From: Eledone cirrhosa
Taxonomy: Eukaryota
Length of the DNA stretch: 64,000 bases
Direction: 5' to 3'
NCBI GenBank assembly: GCA_964016885.1
Contig: OZ024743.1
Span: forward strand, 207,638,001 to 207,702,000
Below are positions 1 through 9,929 of this stretch, one piece after another (position 1 is the first letter of the stretch; each line of letters opens with the position of its first letter). The notes beneath the pieces were generated by a model. It was not told the origin of the DNA. It saw only the letters and a list, made by a program, of their open reading frames with translations, and searched no databases. The position numbers were made by a program, and so were the translations under genes.

Positions 1-2554
1 CACCTAGGTAGCAGAAGCTGTCTACTGTTTCTACAGGGCCCTCCCAGAGATTGGTGGTACTTGTTTCCTGTGGCTGTTTGCTTGCTGTTTCAGCACAGCT
101 GCTGCATGTGAATCCTACATTCTTAATTAAGCTTCCTGAGATCCCGCTACATCTCTTGTGTACCCATTGTTTGCATTTGGGGCAAAGAATGGAGTTCCTA
201 CCTACACCTTTCCTACATACTGAGCAAGGCCATTTCCCTGAGGGGATCTGGGTTCTGTTTTCTCGTCTACTTATAAGGACCTTAGTCTTTGTCATGTTGA
301 CTTTGAGGCCCTTTCTCTCTAGTCCCTGCTTCCAGGTTTGGAATTTATTCTCTAGTTCTACCATAGATTCAGCTATGAGTGCGAGGTCATCAGCATACAG
401 GAGTTCCCATGGGCATCCGGTCTTAAACTCCTCCGTTATTGCCTGCAGGACTATGATGAACAGGAGAGGGCTAAGAACAGAGCCCTGGTGGACCCCAACC
501 TGTACGCTAAATTCCTCGCTATACTCATTGCCAATCCTAACTTTGCTGACTGCTCCCCTATACATGGCTTGTACCGCTTTCACAAGCCATTCATCTACTC
601 CTAGTTTTCTAAGAGCCCACCAGATTACTGCACGTGGAACTCTGTCAAAGGCTTTCTCAAGGTCGACAAATGCCAAGTAGAGTGGCTTACTTTTAGCTAG
701 GTACTTTTCCTGTAATTGCCTCACAAGGAAGAGCGCATCAGTGGTGCCTTTCCCTGGAACAAACCCAAATTGCATCTCGTCTATATTCACCCGGTCCCTA
801 ATCAGCTGTGCTATAACTCTTTCTGTTACTTTCATGACCTGGTCCATCAACTTTATACCTCTATAGTTTCCTCTATCTAGTGCATCGCCTTTACCTTTGT
901 AGCAGTTGACAATGATGCTACTGCACCAATCTTTTGGTATGGCCCCCTCTAGTATTACCTGGTTAACGATACGTGTGGTTATAGTGTGACCTACAGACCC
1001 AGATGCCTTCAGCATCTCGGCAGCTATACCCGATGGACCGGTTGCCTTCCCTATCTTCATATCTCTGATTGCCTTACTTACTACGCTGCCGCTGACTTGT
1101 ACTGCTGGTCCCTCTATAGGGTCTACGTGGGGTAGGGTCTCTTCTTCCCATGCATTCTCCTCATTTAGTAATCTATCATAATGACTCTTCCATGCATCTT
1201 TCTTCTCAGCACTTGTGAGGGCAAGCTCACCTTTATCATTCCGGATACACTTCTCTCCAATGACATCACAACTATCTCTGACACACTGCCTCGCAATCTT
1301 GAATACCTCCTGTTTCTGGTCCTCACGTTGTAAAACATGCTTGAATTTTCTATCCTCTGCTTCCCTCCTAGCTAAGTATACTTGTCGCCTAGCTTCCCTC
1401 TTGGTCTCTATGTAATGTACCCTGCTCCCCCCGTTCTTCCATTCTTTCCATGCCTGTCTCTTGGCCTTGACTGCTTCATCTACCTTATTGTTCCACCACC
1501 AAGTCACTCTCCTCCTGCTTGAGGTCTTACTCCAGCCACAAACCTCATCCGTCGCCTCTAGTAAGTTATTTTTTAGGAACTCCCAGTTCTCTTCTACGTT
1601 AAATGTCTCTATCTGTTCTTCTTTACTGTCGTAGGCGTTGAGTAAAATATCTTTAAATCTGTTACTGGTTGAGGGGACTTTCAGCTTCCAGATCTTTCTT
1701 CTCCAGGTTGGCCTCTGTTTCAGGGCTCGTCTAGTTCTGACCGTGAGGTCGCTGACAACTAAGCTATGTTGGGATGTACATTCCTCACTAGGGAAGGCTT
1801 TTGTGTTTACGACCGTCCATCTGTCACGTCCTCTGATGAGGATAAAATCTAACTGACTAGAGTGCTCCCCTGATCTATAGGTGATCAGGTGGTTGTCGGG
1901 TTTTTTAAAGTTTGTGTTACATATCGACATGTCATTGGCGTCGCAGAATTCTAGAAGTCTGAATCCTTCCTCATTCCTTGTGCCAACTCCATGGCCTCCA
2001 TGTACTCTATTGAAGCCGTCGCAGTGTTTACCTACGTGTCCGTTAAAATCTCCTGCAATGATTAGGAAGTCCTTGTCGTCTGTTAGAGCAGTAGTGTGTA
2101 TTAGGGACTCGTAAAACCTATCCTTAAGTTCGTCTGGCAGCCCCGATTGGGGTGCGTAAGCTGATATTATTGTGGTAATTGTCTTATTCAGGACTAGTCT
2201 GAGTTTAATGATTCTTGCATTTACCCTGTACACTGAGATTACTTTATCTACCCACTTGTCAGCTAATAGTATACCTACACCACCCATCCCATCGTCATTT
2301 CCCACCCAGAAAAATTTGTAGCACTGGCTTTTTCCTACAAGGACTCTAGCAGACCCTCCTCTCCATCTAGTCTCTTGCACACAGCATACATCAACTTCCT
2401 TTCGCTCTAGCATTTCTACGATTTCTCCTGCTCTTCCTTTCATTGAGCCTACATTGATGGTACCAACTCGGAGTTTTGGGCATTTGTCGACACTCGTAGG
2501 GGAGGGTCTCTGGGTTGGCGCTTCACGTGGGTGCTTGGTAGCTCGCAGATTCAT
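1..2554 (-). CDS. RTE-clade non-LTR retrotransposon ORF (APE endonuclease + reverse transcriptase + PHD-like finger); 3' end lies outside the window
   Basis: ATG at 2554 gives MNLRATK...LRVGTINVGSMKGR...VDVCCVQETRW...GGVGILL (APE). RT motif CPWELLYADDLA at ~381-415. The same frame reads ETVDSFCYLG at 31-2. The ORF track has no stop-terminated ORF in this frame, consistent with an uninterrupted frame leaving the window. Confidence 0.93.
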   Translation of the reverse strand, partial: MNLRATKHPREAPTQRPSPTSVDKCPKLRVGTINVGSMKGRAGEIVEMLERKEVDVCCVQETRWRGGSARVLVGKSQCYKFFWVGNDDGMGGVGILLADKWVDKVISVYRVNARIIKLRLVLNKTITTIISAYAPQSGLPDELKDRFYESLIHTTALTDDKDFLIIAGDFNGHVGKHCDGFNRVHGGHGVGTRNEEGFRLLEFCDANDMSICNTNFKKPDNHLITYRSGEHSSQLDFILIRGRDRWTVVNTKAFPSEECTSQHSLVVSDLTVRTRRALKQRPTWRRKIWKLKVPSTSNRFKDILLNAYDSKEEQIETFNVEENWEFLKNNLLEATDEVCGWSKTSSRRRVTWWWNNKVDEAVKAKRQAWKEWKNGGSRVHYIETKREARRQVYLARREAEDRKFKHVLQREDQKQEVFKIARQCVRDSCDVIGEKCIRNDKGELALTSAEKKDAWKSHYDRLLNEENAWEEETLPHVDPIEGPAVQVSGSVVSKAIRDMKIGKATGPSGIAAEMLKASGSVGHTITTRIVNQVILEGAIPKDWCSSIIVNCYKGKGDALDRGNYRGIKLMDQVMKVTERVIAQLIRDRVNIDEMQFGFVPGKGTTDALFLVRQLQEKYLAKSKPLYLAFVDLEKAFDRVPRAVIWWALRKLGVDEWLVKAVQAMYRGAVSKVRIGNEYSEEFSVQVGVHQGSVLSPLLFIIVLQAITEEFKTGCPWELLYADDLALIAESMVELENKFQTWKQGLERKGLKVNMTKTKVLISRRENRTQIPSGKWPCSVCRKGVGRNSILCPKCKQWVHKRCSGISGSLIKNVGFTCSSCAETASKQPQETSTTNLWEGPVETVDSFCYLG

Positions 2555-2800
2555 ATTTCATCTATTGATTCAGAGTTGCTCGTGTATTCCCAGCTCATCC
2601 ATCCCTAACGGTGGGAAAATTGAGGGCTAGAAGGACAGTGGTGGTGGGGTAATGGCAGGGTGTGTTGGGATGCGCCAGAGGAGGAGAGAGTTAGTTAGGC
2701 AGGTAGTAGCAGCAGCAGCAGCAGTGGAAATGGCATGCTAGGTTTGATTGGTCGAATAGGCTATGGTGGTGTGTCGGGGTGGGGGGGAGGGAAATTGTGA

Positions 2801-4410
2801 GGTAGGAACTGAGGGTCGCATGGTAAATATCCAAGTTAATACTACATCAGTAAAATTAACAATAATAACGTCATGAAAAAAGCTACTAAGAGAAACCCTC
2901 GAAAATTTATCGCTAATACAGCAGGGAAAATTTAACGCTAATACAGCAGGGAACATCATAATATTAACGACATGAAAAAGCTACTAAGAGAAACCCTCGA
3001 AAATTTATCGCTAATACAGCAGGGAAAATTTAACGCTAATACAGCAGGGAACATCATAATATTAACGACAATATGTAGGCTAAAATACCTTCGTAGATTA
3101 GGTGGATGGCTGGCTGGGAAAATTTGAATCAGCTCAGTGGTACATTTTAGCAGAGAAGAATGGCAAAGTGTCTTATCTCTTCAATATTTTCAGATTGAAT
3201 GAATTAGGTTAAAGACAGGGTAGTAAGCCTTAAAGAAGTGCATAGAGGGGGGGGGGGGGGGGTAGGAACTGAGGGTCGCATGGTAAATAACTGAGAGAGA
3301 TACAATAGGATTAGAATACCGCATGGTAAATATCCAAGTTAATAAGTTAATACTACATCAGTAAAATTAACAATAATAACGTCATGAAAAAAGCTACTAA
3401 GAGAAACCCTCGAAAATTTATCGCTAATACAGCAGGGAAAATTTAACGCTAATACAGCAGGGAACATCATAATATTAACGACATGAAAAAGCTACTAAGA
3501 GAAACCCTCGAAAATTTATCGCTAATACAGCAGGGAAAATTTAACGCTAATACAGCAGGGAACATCATAATATTAACGACAATATGTAGGCTAAAATACC
3601 TTCGTAGATTAGGTGGATGGCTGGCTGGGAAAATTTGAATCAGCTCAGTGGTACATTTTAGCAGAGAAGAATGGCAAAGTGTCTTATCTCTTCAATATTT
3701 TCAGATTGAATGAATTAGGTTAAAGACAGGGTAGTAAGCCTTAAAGAAGTGCATAGAGGGGGAGGGGGGGGGGGGGGGTAGGAACTGAGGGTCGCATGGT
3801 AAATAACTGAGAGAGATACAATAGGATTAGAATACCGCATGGTAAATATCCAAGTTAATAAGTTAATACTACATCAGTAAAATTAACAATAATAACGTCA
3901 TGAAAAAAGCTACTAAGAGAAACCCTCGAAAATTTATCGCTAATACAGCAGGGAAAATTTAACGCTAATACAGCAGGGAACATCATAATATTAACGACAT
4001 GAAAAAGCTACTAAGAGAAACCCTCGAAAATTTATCGCTAATACAGCAGGGAAAATTTAACGCTAATACAGCAGGGAACATCATAATATTAACGACAATA
4101 TGTAGGCTAAAATACCTTCGTAGATTAGGTGGATGGCTGGCTGGGAAAATTTGAATCAGCTCAGTGGTACATTTTAGCAGAGAAGAATGGCAAAGTGTCT
4201 TATCTCTTCAATATTTTCAGATTGAATGAATTAGGTTAAAGACAGGGTAGTAAGCCTTAAAGAAGTGCATAGAGGGGGGGGGGGGGGTAGGAACTGAGGG
4301 TCGCATGGTAAATAACTGAGAGAGATACAATAGGATTAGAATACCGCATGGTAAATATCCAAGTTAATAAGTTAATACTACATCAGTAAAATTAACAATA
4401 ATAACGTATT
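2801..4410 (-). repeat. ~510-517 bp tandem monomers (about 3 copies) upstream of the RTE ORF; probable 5' UTR/promoter array
   Basis: GTAGGAACTGAGGGTCGCATGGTAAATA recurs at ~2802, ~3262, ~3778 and ~4287. The full units appear to differ mainly in poly-G length; each holds an internal ~96-bp duplication. Confidence 0.85.
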
Positions 4411-4423
4411 ATTAACAATAATA

Positions 4424-4538
4424 ATGTATGTGTATATATATATATATATATGTATGTGTAGATATATATATATATATGTATGTGTATATATGTATGTGTA
4501 TATATATATATATATGTGTGTGTGTATATATATATATG

Positions 4539-4577
<39 letters not shown>

Positions 4578-4642
4578 ATATATATATATATATGTATGTG
4601 TATATATATATATGTATGTATGTGTATATATATATATGTATG

Positions 4643-4685
<43 letters not shown>

Positions 4686-4688
4686 GTG

Positions 4689-4721
<33 letters not shown>

Positions 4722-4927
4722 GTATATATATATATATTTATATATGTATGTATCTATCTAAGGCGGGTAAAATTCCCGAGATCCATGGATGAGTTCTCTC
4801 CAGCGGTCTCTGTCCCTCATTATCGCTGCCATATCCTGCATCTCCAACAGACCAGTGTCTGTCCTTAGGGCATCAACATATGTTAACCTTGGTCTTCCTC
4901 TTCTAGTGTGTCCATGTATATGTATAT

Positions 4928-4959
<32 letters not shown>

Positions 4960-5276
4960 GTATGTATATGTATGTATATATATATATATGTATGTATATG
5001 TATGTATGTATGTATGTGTATGTATGTATGTATGTATGTATGTATATGTATGTATATATATATATATATGTATGTATATGTATGTATGTATGTATGTGTA
5101 TGTATGTATGTATGTATGTGTATGTATGTATGTATGTATATGTATGTATATGTATGTATGTATGTATGTATATATATGTATGTATATATGTATATATATG
5201 TATATGTATGTATGTATTTATATATATGTTTGTATATATGTATATATATGTATATATGTATATGTATGTATGTATT

Positions 5277-5308
<32 letters not shown>

Positions 5309-5558
5309 TGTATGTATGTATGTATGTATGTATGTATGTATGTTTGTATGTATGTATATATATATATATTTGTTTATATATGTATGTATGTATGTATATA
5401 TATATATATTTGTTTATATATATATGTATGTATATATAAATATGTATGTATGTTTATATATGTATGTTTATACATCGGTAGGGGTTCTCCTACATGGATA
5501 TAAAGTAGTGTCCGTACTAGAAAATGAGTTGGCAGCCACCATATATATATGTATGTTT

Positions 5559-5590
<32 letters not shown>

Positions 5591-5869
5591 TTATATATAT
5601 ATATGTATGTATATATATATATGCATGTATGTATATATATATATGCATGTATGTATGTATATATATGTATGTATGTATGTATAAATATGTATGTATATAT
5701 ATGTATGTATGTATGTATATATATGTATGTATGTATGTATATATATATGTATGTATGTATATATATATGTATGTATATATATATGTATGTATATATATAT
5801 GTATGTATATATATATGTATGTATATATATATGTATGTATATATATATGTATGTATATATATATGTATG

Positions 5870-5900
<31 letters not shown>

Positions 5901-6104
5901 ATATATGTATGTATGTATATATATGTATGTGTGTATATATATGTATGTGTGTATATATATGTATGTGTATATATCTGTATGTGTGTATATATGTATGTGT
6001 GTATATATGTATGTGTGTATATATGTATGTGTGTATATATGTATGTACGTGTGTATATATGTATGTGTGTGTATATATATATGTGTGTGTGTATATGTGT
6101 ATAT

Positions 6105-6136
<32 letters not shown>

Positions 6137-6225
6137 GTGTATACATACATGTGTGTATATGTATGTATATATGTGTATGTGATGTATGTATATATGTGTG
6201 TGTGTGTGTGTGCTCTGTGTATATA
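4424..6225. repeat. Compound (TA)n/(TATG)n/(TG)n microsatellite with two inserted islands
   Basis: Direct inspection; non-repeat islands at 4757-4916 and 5473-5540. Confidence 0.97.
4757..4916 (-). mobile_element. 3'-terminal fragment of a second RTE-like LINE family
   Basis: Minus strand reads [52 protein letters not shown], with the GRP...DR..WR C-terminal signature of RTE ORFs; embedded in (TA)n. Confidence 0.8.
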
Positions 6226-6497
6226 TCTAAACTTGTTGAAATAAAAAGAATTTGAAGCATTACTTCTAAAGTTGTTAGGGTATTTGCTACCAGGCAACAT
6301 CTATTTTTAATTGAAGATCAAAGAAACTATTTTAGTAGTAATGAGATCAATAATGGCTGTGAAAGGTAAAAATATAGATGTATAATGTGCAATACAATGG
6401 ATGGCAGGTTTTGTGAGAAATAGCTTTTGTTAAACCATAGATGTTTACAGATCTTTTCATACTCTATTGGACGAGTATGTGACAACCTCTCTACTGC

Positions 6498-8065
6498 TAG
6501 TACTATGAGAAAATGTGTACAGTACACCATGTAAAGTGTTTGTGTCGGTGCCATGAGAAAACACACTCGGTACACGTTGTAAAGTGTGAGTGTTGGTGCC
6601 ATGAGAAAACACACCCAGTACACCATGTAAAGTGTGTGTGTTGGTGCCATGAGAAAACACACCCAGTACACTTTGTAAAGTGTTTGTGTCGGTGCCATGA
6701 GAAAACACACTCAGTACACGTTGTAAAGTGTTAGTATTGGTACCAAGAGAAAACACACCCAGTACACCATGTAATGTGTTAGTGTTGGTGCCATGAGAAA
6801 ACACACTCAGTACACCATGTAAGGTGTGTGTGTTGGTGCCATGAGAAAATACACCCAGTACACCATGTAAAGTGTGCGTGTTGGTGCCATGAGAAAACAC
6901 ACCCAGTACACTTTGTAAAGTGTTAGTGTTGGTACCAAGAGAAAACACACCCAGTACACCATGTAATGTGTTAGTGTTGGTACCAAGAGAAAACACACCC
7001 AGTACACCATGTAATGTGTTAGTGTTGGTGCCATGAAAAAACACACCCAGTACACCATGTAATGTGTTAGTGTTGGTACCAAGAGAAAACACACCCAGTA
7101 CACCATGTAATGTGTTAGTGTTGGTGCCATGAAAAAACACACTCAGTACACCATGTAAGGTGTGTGTGTTGGTGCCATGAAAAAACACACTCAGTACACC
7201 ATGTAAGGTGTGTGTGTTGGTGCCATGAGAAAACACACCCAGTACACCATGTAAAGTGTGTGCGTTGGTGCCATGAGGAAACACACCCAGTACACCATGT
7301 AAAGTGTGTGTGTTGGTGCCATGAGAAAACACACCCAGTACACTTTGTAAAGTGTTAGTGTTGGTACCAAGAGAAAACACACCCAGTACACCATGTAATG
7401 TGTTAGTGTTGGTGCCATGAAAAAACACACTCAGTACACCATGTAAGGTGTGTGTGTTGGTGCCATGAAAAAACACACTCAGTACACCATGTAAGGTGTG
7501 TGTGTTGGTGCCATGAGAAAACACACCCAGTACACCATGTAAAGTGTGTGTGTTGGTGCCATGAGGAAACACACCCAGTACACCATGTAAAGTGTGTGTG
7601 TTGGTGCCATGAGAAAACACACCCAGTACACTTTGTAAAGTGTTAGTGTTGGTACCAAGAGAAAACACACTCAGTACACCATGTAATGTGTTAGTATTGG
7701 TACCAAGAGAAAACACACCCAGTACACCATGTAAGGTGTGTGTGTTGGTGCCATGAGAAAACACACTCAGTACACCATGTAAATTGTGCGTGTTGGTGCC
7801 ATGAGAAAACACACCCAGTACACCATGTAAAGTGTGTGTGTTGGTGCCATGAGAAAACACACTCAGTACACCATGTAAATTGTGCGTGTTGGTGCCATGA
7901 GAAAACACACCCAGTACACCATGTAAAGTGTGTGTGTTGGTGCCATGAGAAAACACACTCAGTACACCATGTAAATTGTGCGTGTTGGTGCCATGAGAAA
8001 ACACAGCCAGTACATTTTGTAAAGTGTTAGTGTCATGATAAAATACACCCAGTACACTTTGTATG
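6498..8065 (+). repeat. 48-bp minisatellite (~32 copies) derived from an RTE 3'UTR/SINE tail module
   Basis: Unit GGTGCCATGAGAAAACACACCCAGTACACCATGTAAAGTGTGTGTGTT; runs directly into the tail sequence at 8066-8262. Confidence 0.92.
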
Positions 8066-8262
8066 GTGATTGGTATTAAGAAGTGCATCCAACAGTAGAA
8101 GCCTTGCCAAATATAGACCTGGAAATTAAATCTTTGATGATATTTCATCAAACCAATGAACTAACTATGAAACTTACCATTATTCTGATCCTCTGATCTG
8201 TTTGGTCTCAGACTGTCACAACCTGTCCAACCCATGCAAGCATGGAAAGAATAGCATGATGA
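8066..8262 (+). mobile_element. RTE 3'UTR-related/SINE tail
   Basis: TGGTATTAAGAAGTGCATCCAACAGTAGAA...CCAACCCATGCAAGCATGGAAAG...ATGATGAT matches the reverse complement of the RTE 3'UTR at 30376-30570. Confidence 0.75.
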
Positions 8263-8475
8263 TTAATCCATAGCATATTACTGGTATATCTCAACAAGGT
8301 AAAATAGTCAACAAGCTATATTGTAGTACTGGTATTCACTGTTTCCTTGTAAAAAAAAAACAAAAAAAAAACATTTAACTTTGCGAAGCCATGTCCACTT
8401 GCCTCTAAATAGTTATTCTTAATACCTTGTAATGATTTTGTGGAAAATATCTAAAAATGGGTTTGTTAATATTGA

Positions 8476-8592
8476 AGACACATAGCTTAGTAGTTAAAGA
8501 GATGGATTCACTATCATGAGGTTGTGAGTTTCATTTCCAGGTCTGGCATTACATTATATCCTTGAGTAAAACACTTTATTTCACGTTGCTCC
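8476..8592 (+). mobile_element. Degenerate tRNA-derived CORE-type SINE head
   Basis: A-box-like TAGCTTAGTAGTTA, B-box-like GAGTTTCATTTCC, then CCTTGAGTAAAACACTTTATTTCACGTTGCTCC shared with 39590-39870 and 58405-58540. Confidence 0.65.
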
Positions 8593-8896
8593 TTTTGCCG
8601 TGAGTTGTGACTGGTAGATAGTATCAGAAATGGAAAAACCGATAGAAACATTGTTTCCTTGGTCTGATCCAACGAGTTCCACCCCACTGGGTAAGAGAAT
8701 GATGTCTGGGATCTTGTCGATTCAGATCAGTAGTCGTCATCATTTAAAGTCCATTTTACACACTATTTTCCACATGGATTAGTATAGTACTGTACTATCA
8801 CAGGAGGAATATAACATTAGTATAGTACATTACTATCACACATAGGAGGAATAGAACATTAGTTTATTACAGTACTATCACACATAGGAGGAATAG

Positions 8897-9095
8897 AGGT
8901 CAATAAAAAAAGTACCAGTTTAGTACTGGCGTCGATTCTTCCTTTATATCTCTTTCTCACTTCCTTTCTCCCATTCTCTATCCTTCTCTGGAAGAAATCT
9001 GCGATGAGCTCCACCAGGTTTTTAAAATGTCCTAGAAATGCCATATCTCAATACGGCATCCCTATGACTCCCCTAGGAGTTACAGTACCATACAT
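8897..9095 (+). mobile_element. 5'-truncated SINE of the same subfamily as 41143-41470
   Basis: GGTCAATAAAAAAAGTACCAG...CTGGAAGAAATCT...GATGAGCTCCAC...AGGAGTTAC shared with 41259-41465. Confidence 0.7.
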
Positions 9096-9406
9096 GCATA
9101 TTACAGTACTATCACACACAAGAGGAACAGAAGACAACAAACAACTATGTTTTAAGTTCATTTTCCCTGATAAAGAAGAGACTAGCCTTGTGTGCTCCAT
9201 AACATGGAGTCCGTTTTAATCATTTTGTCAACCTCTCTCTCTTCCCCCTTTCCATTCCTCTCTTTTCCCTTTGTCTTCCCCTCTTCCTCCTCTCCCTCTC
9301 ACACCCACCTCTCCACCCCCTCTCTTTTCTCCCTCTCTCATCCCCCTCCCTCTCTTTGATAAAGGGAATTTTAATCGCTTGATTTTTTTTTCTTTTAATT
9401 TTACAG

Positions 9407-9619
9407 ACGCGAGAATTATACATTTTAAATATTGGAACAAAGAATAAAAGTTGGTGGTTAGAACATGGCATTGGTTGTCATGTGACAAATAACACATGGG
9501 AGAAAAACTACCATGGAGAAACAAGTCGACCAATTCCACCTGAAGAATTTGTAGAAGGATGTCTTGTAGAATATTATTATGTTGAATTCATTCAAGCTGC
9601 TGTGCAGTGTTTGTTTTCA
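9407..9619 (+). CDS. NKAIN: Internal coding exon of sodium/potassium-transporting ATPase subunit beta-1-interacting protein (extracellular loop to start of last TM helix)
   Basis: Acceptor TTTTTTTTCTTTTAATTTTACAG, donor GTAAGT, 213 nt, phase 0-0. Reads TRELYILNIGTKNKSWWLEHGIGC...FVEGCLVEYYYVEFIQAAVQCLFS, matching NKAIN motifs SWW.EHG.GC and GC..e..y.E.i..avQ.l.S (recognised from memory). Confidence 0.92.
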
Positions 9620-9653
9620 GTAAGTACCTTTTAAATCTCTCTATTTTCACTTT

Positions 9654-9868
9654 TTAACCATTTAGCATTTACATTATTCTATATCTACTATTAAGGTTTT
9701 ATCTTACATAATGATCTCACTTAATATCGAATCTATGAGATTTTGATATTATTTATTTTGAGAACAATACCATAACATCACTATGAGTGGCCAATTATGA
9801 CTGGTTTGAACAGAAAAAGGTGAGAGAATTCTGGCCAGATATGGCCGGTTTAAATGCGAAAGGGTTAA
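9654..9868. mobile_element. piggyBac-type MITE (TTAA target duplication)
   Basis: TTAA-CCATTTAGCATTTA...TAAATGCGAAAGGG-TTAA; homologous copy at 43205-43413. Confidence 0.8.
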
Positions 9869-9929
9869 ACACATCTTTTATATTATTAACCATTTCTGCC
9901 TTGTCTTTGACCAACGTTTTGGCTAATTC

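Noticed and set aside
51-680. Plus-strand ORFs over the RT regions (also 31371-31814, 31854-32192, 61491-61814)
   Set aside because: Antisense shadows of the RTE coding frame; no independent motifs.
4424-6300. Long YIYM/CVYI/HTYI ORFs
   Set aside because: Translations of TA/TG microsatellite, which lacks stop codons.
6457-8151. 564-aa His-rich repeat protein (HGTNTHTLHGVLGVFS)n
   Set aside because: The 48-bp unit is a multiple of 3 and derives from a retroposon tail; no gene structure.
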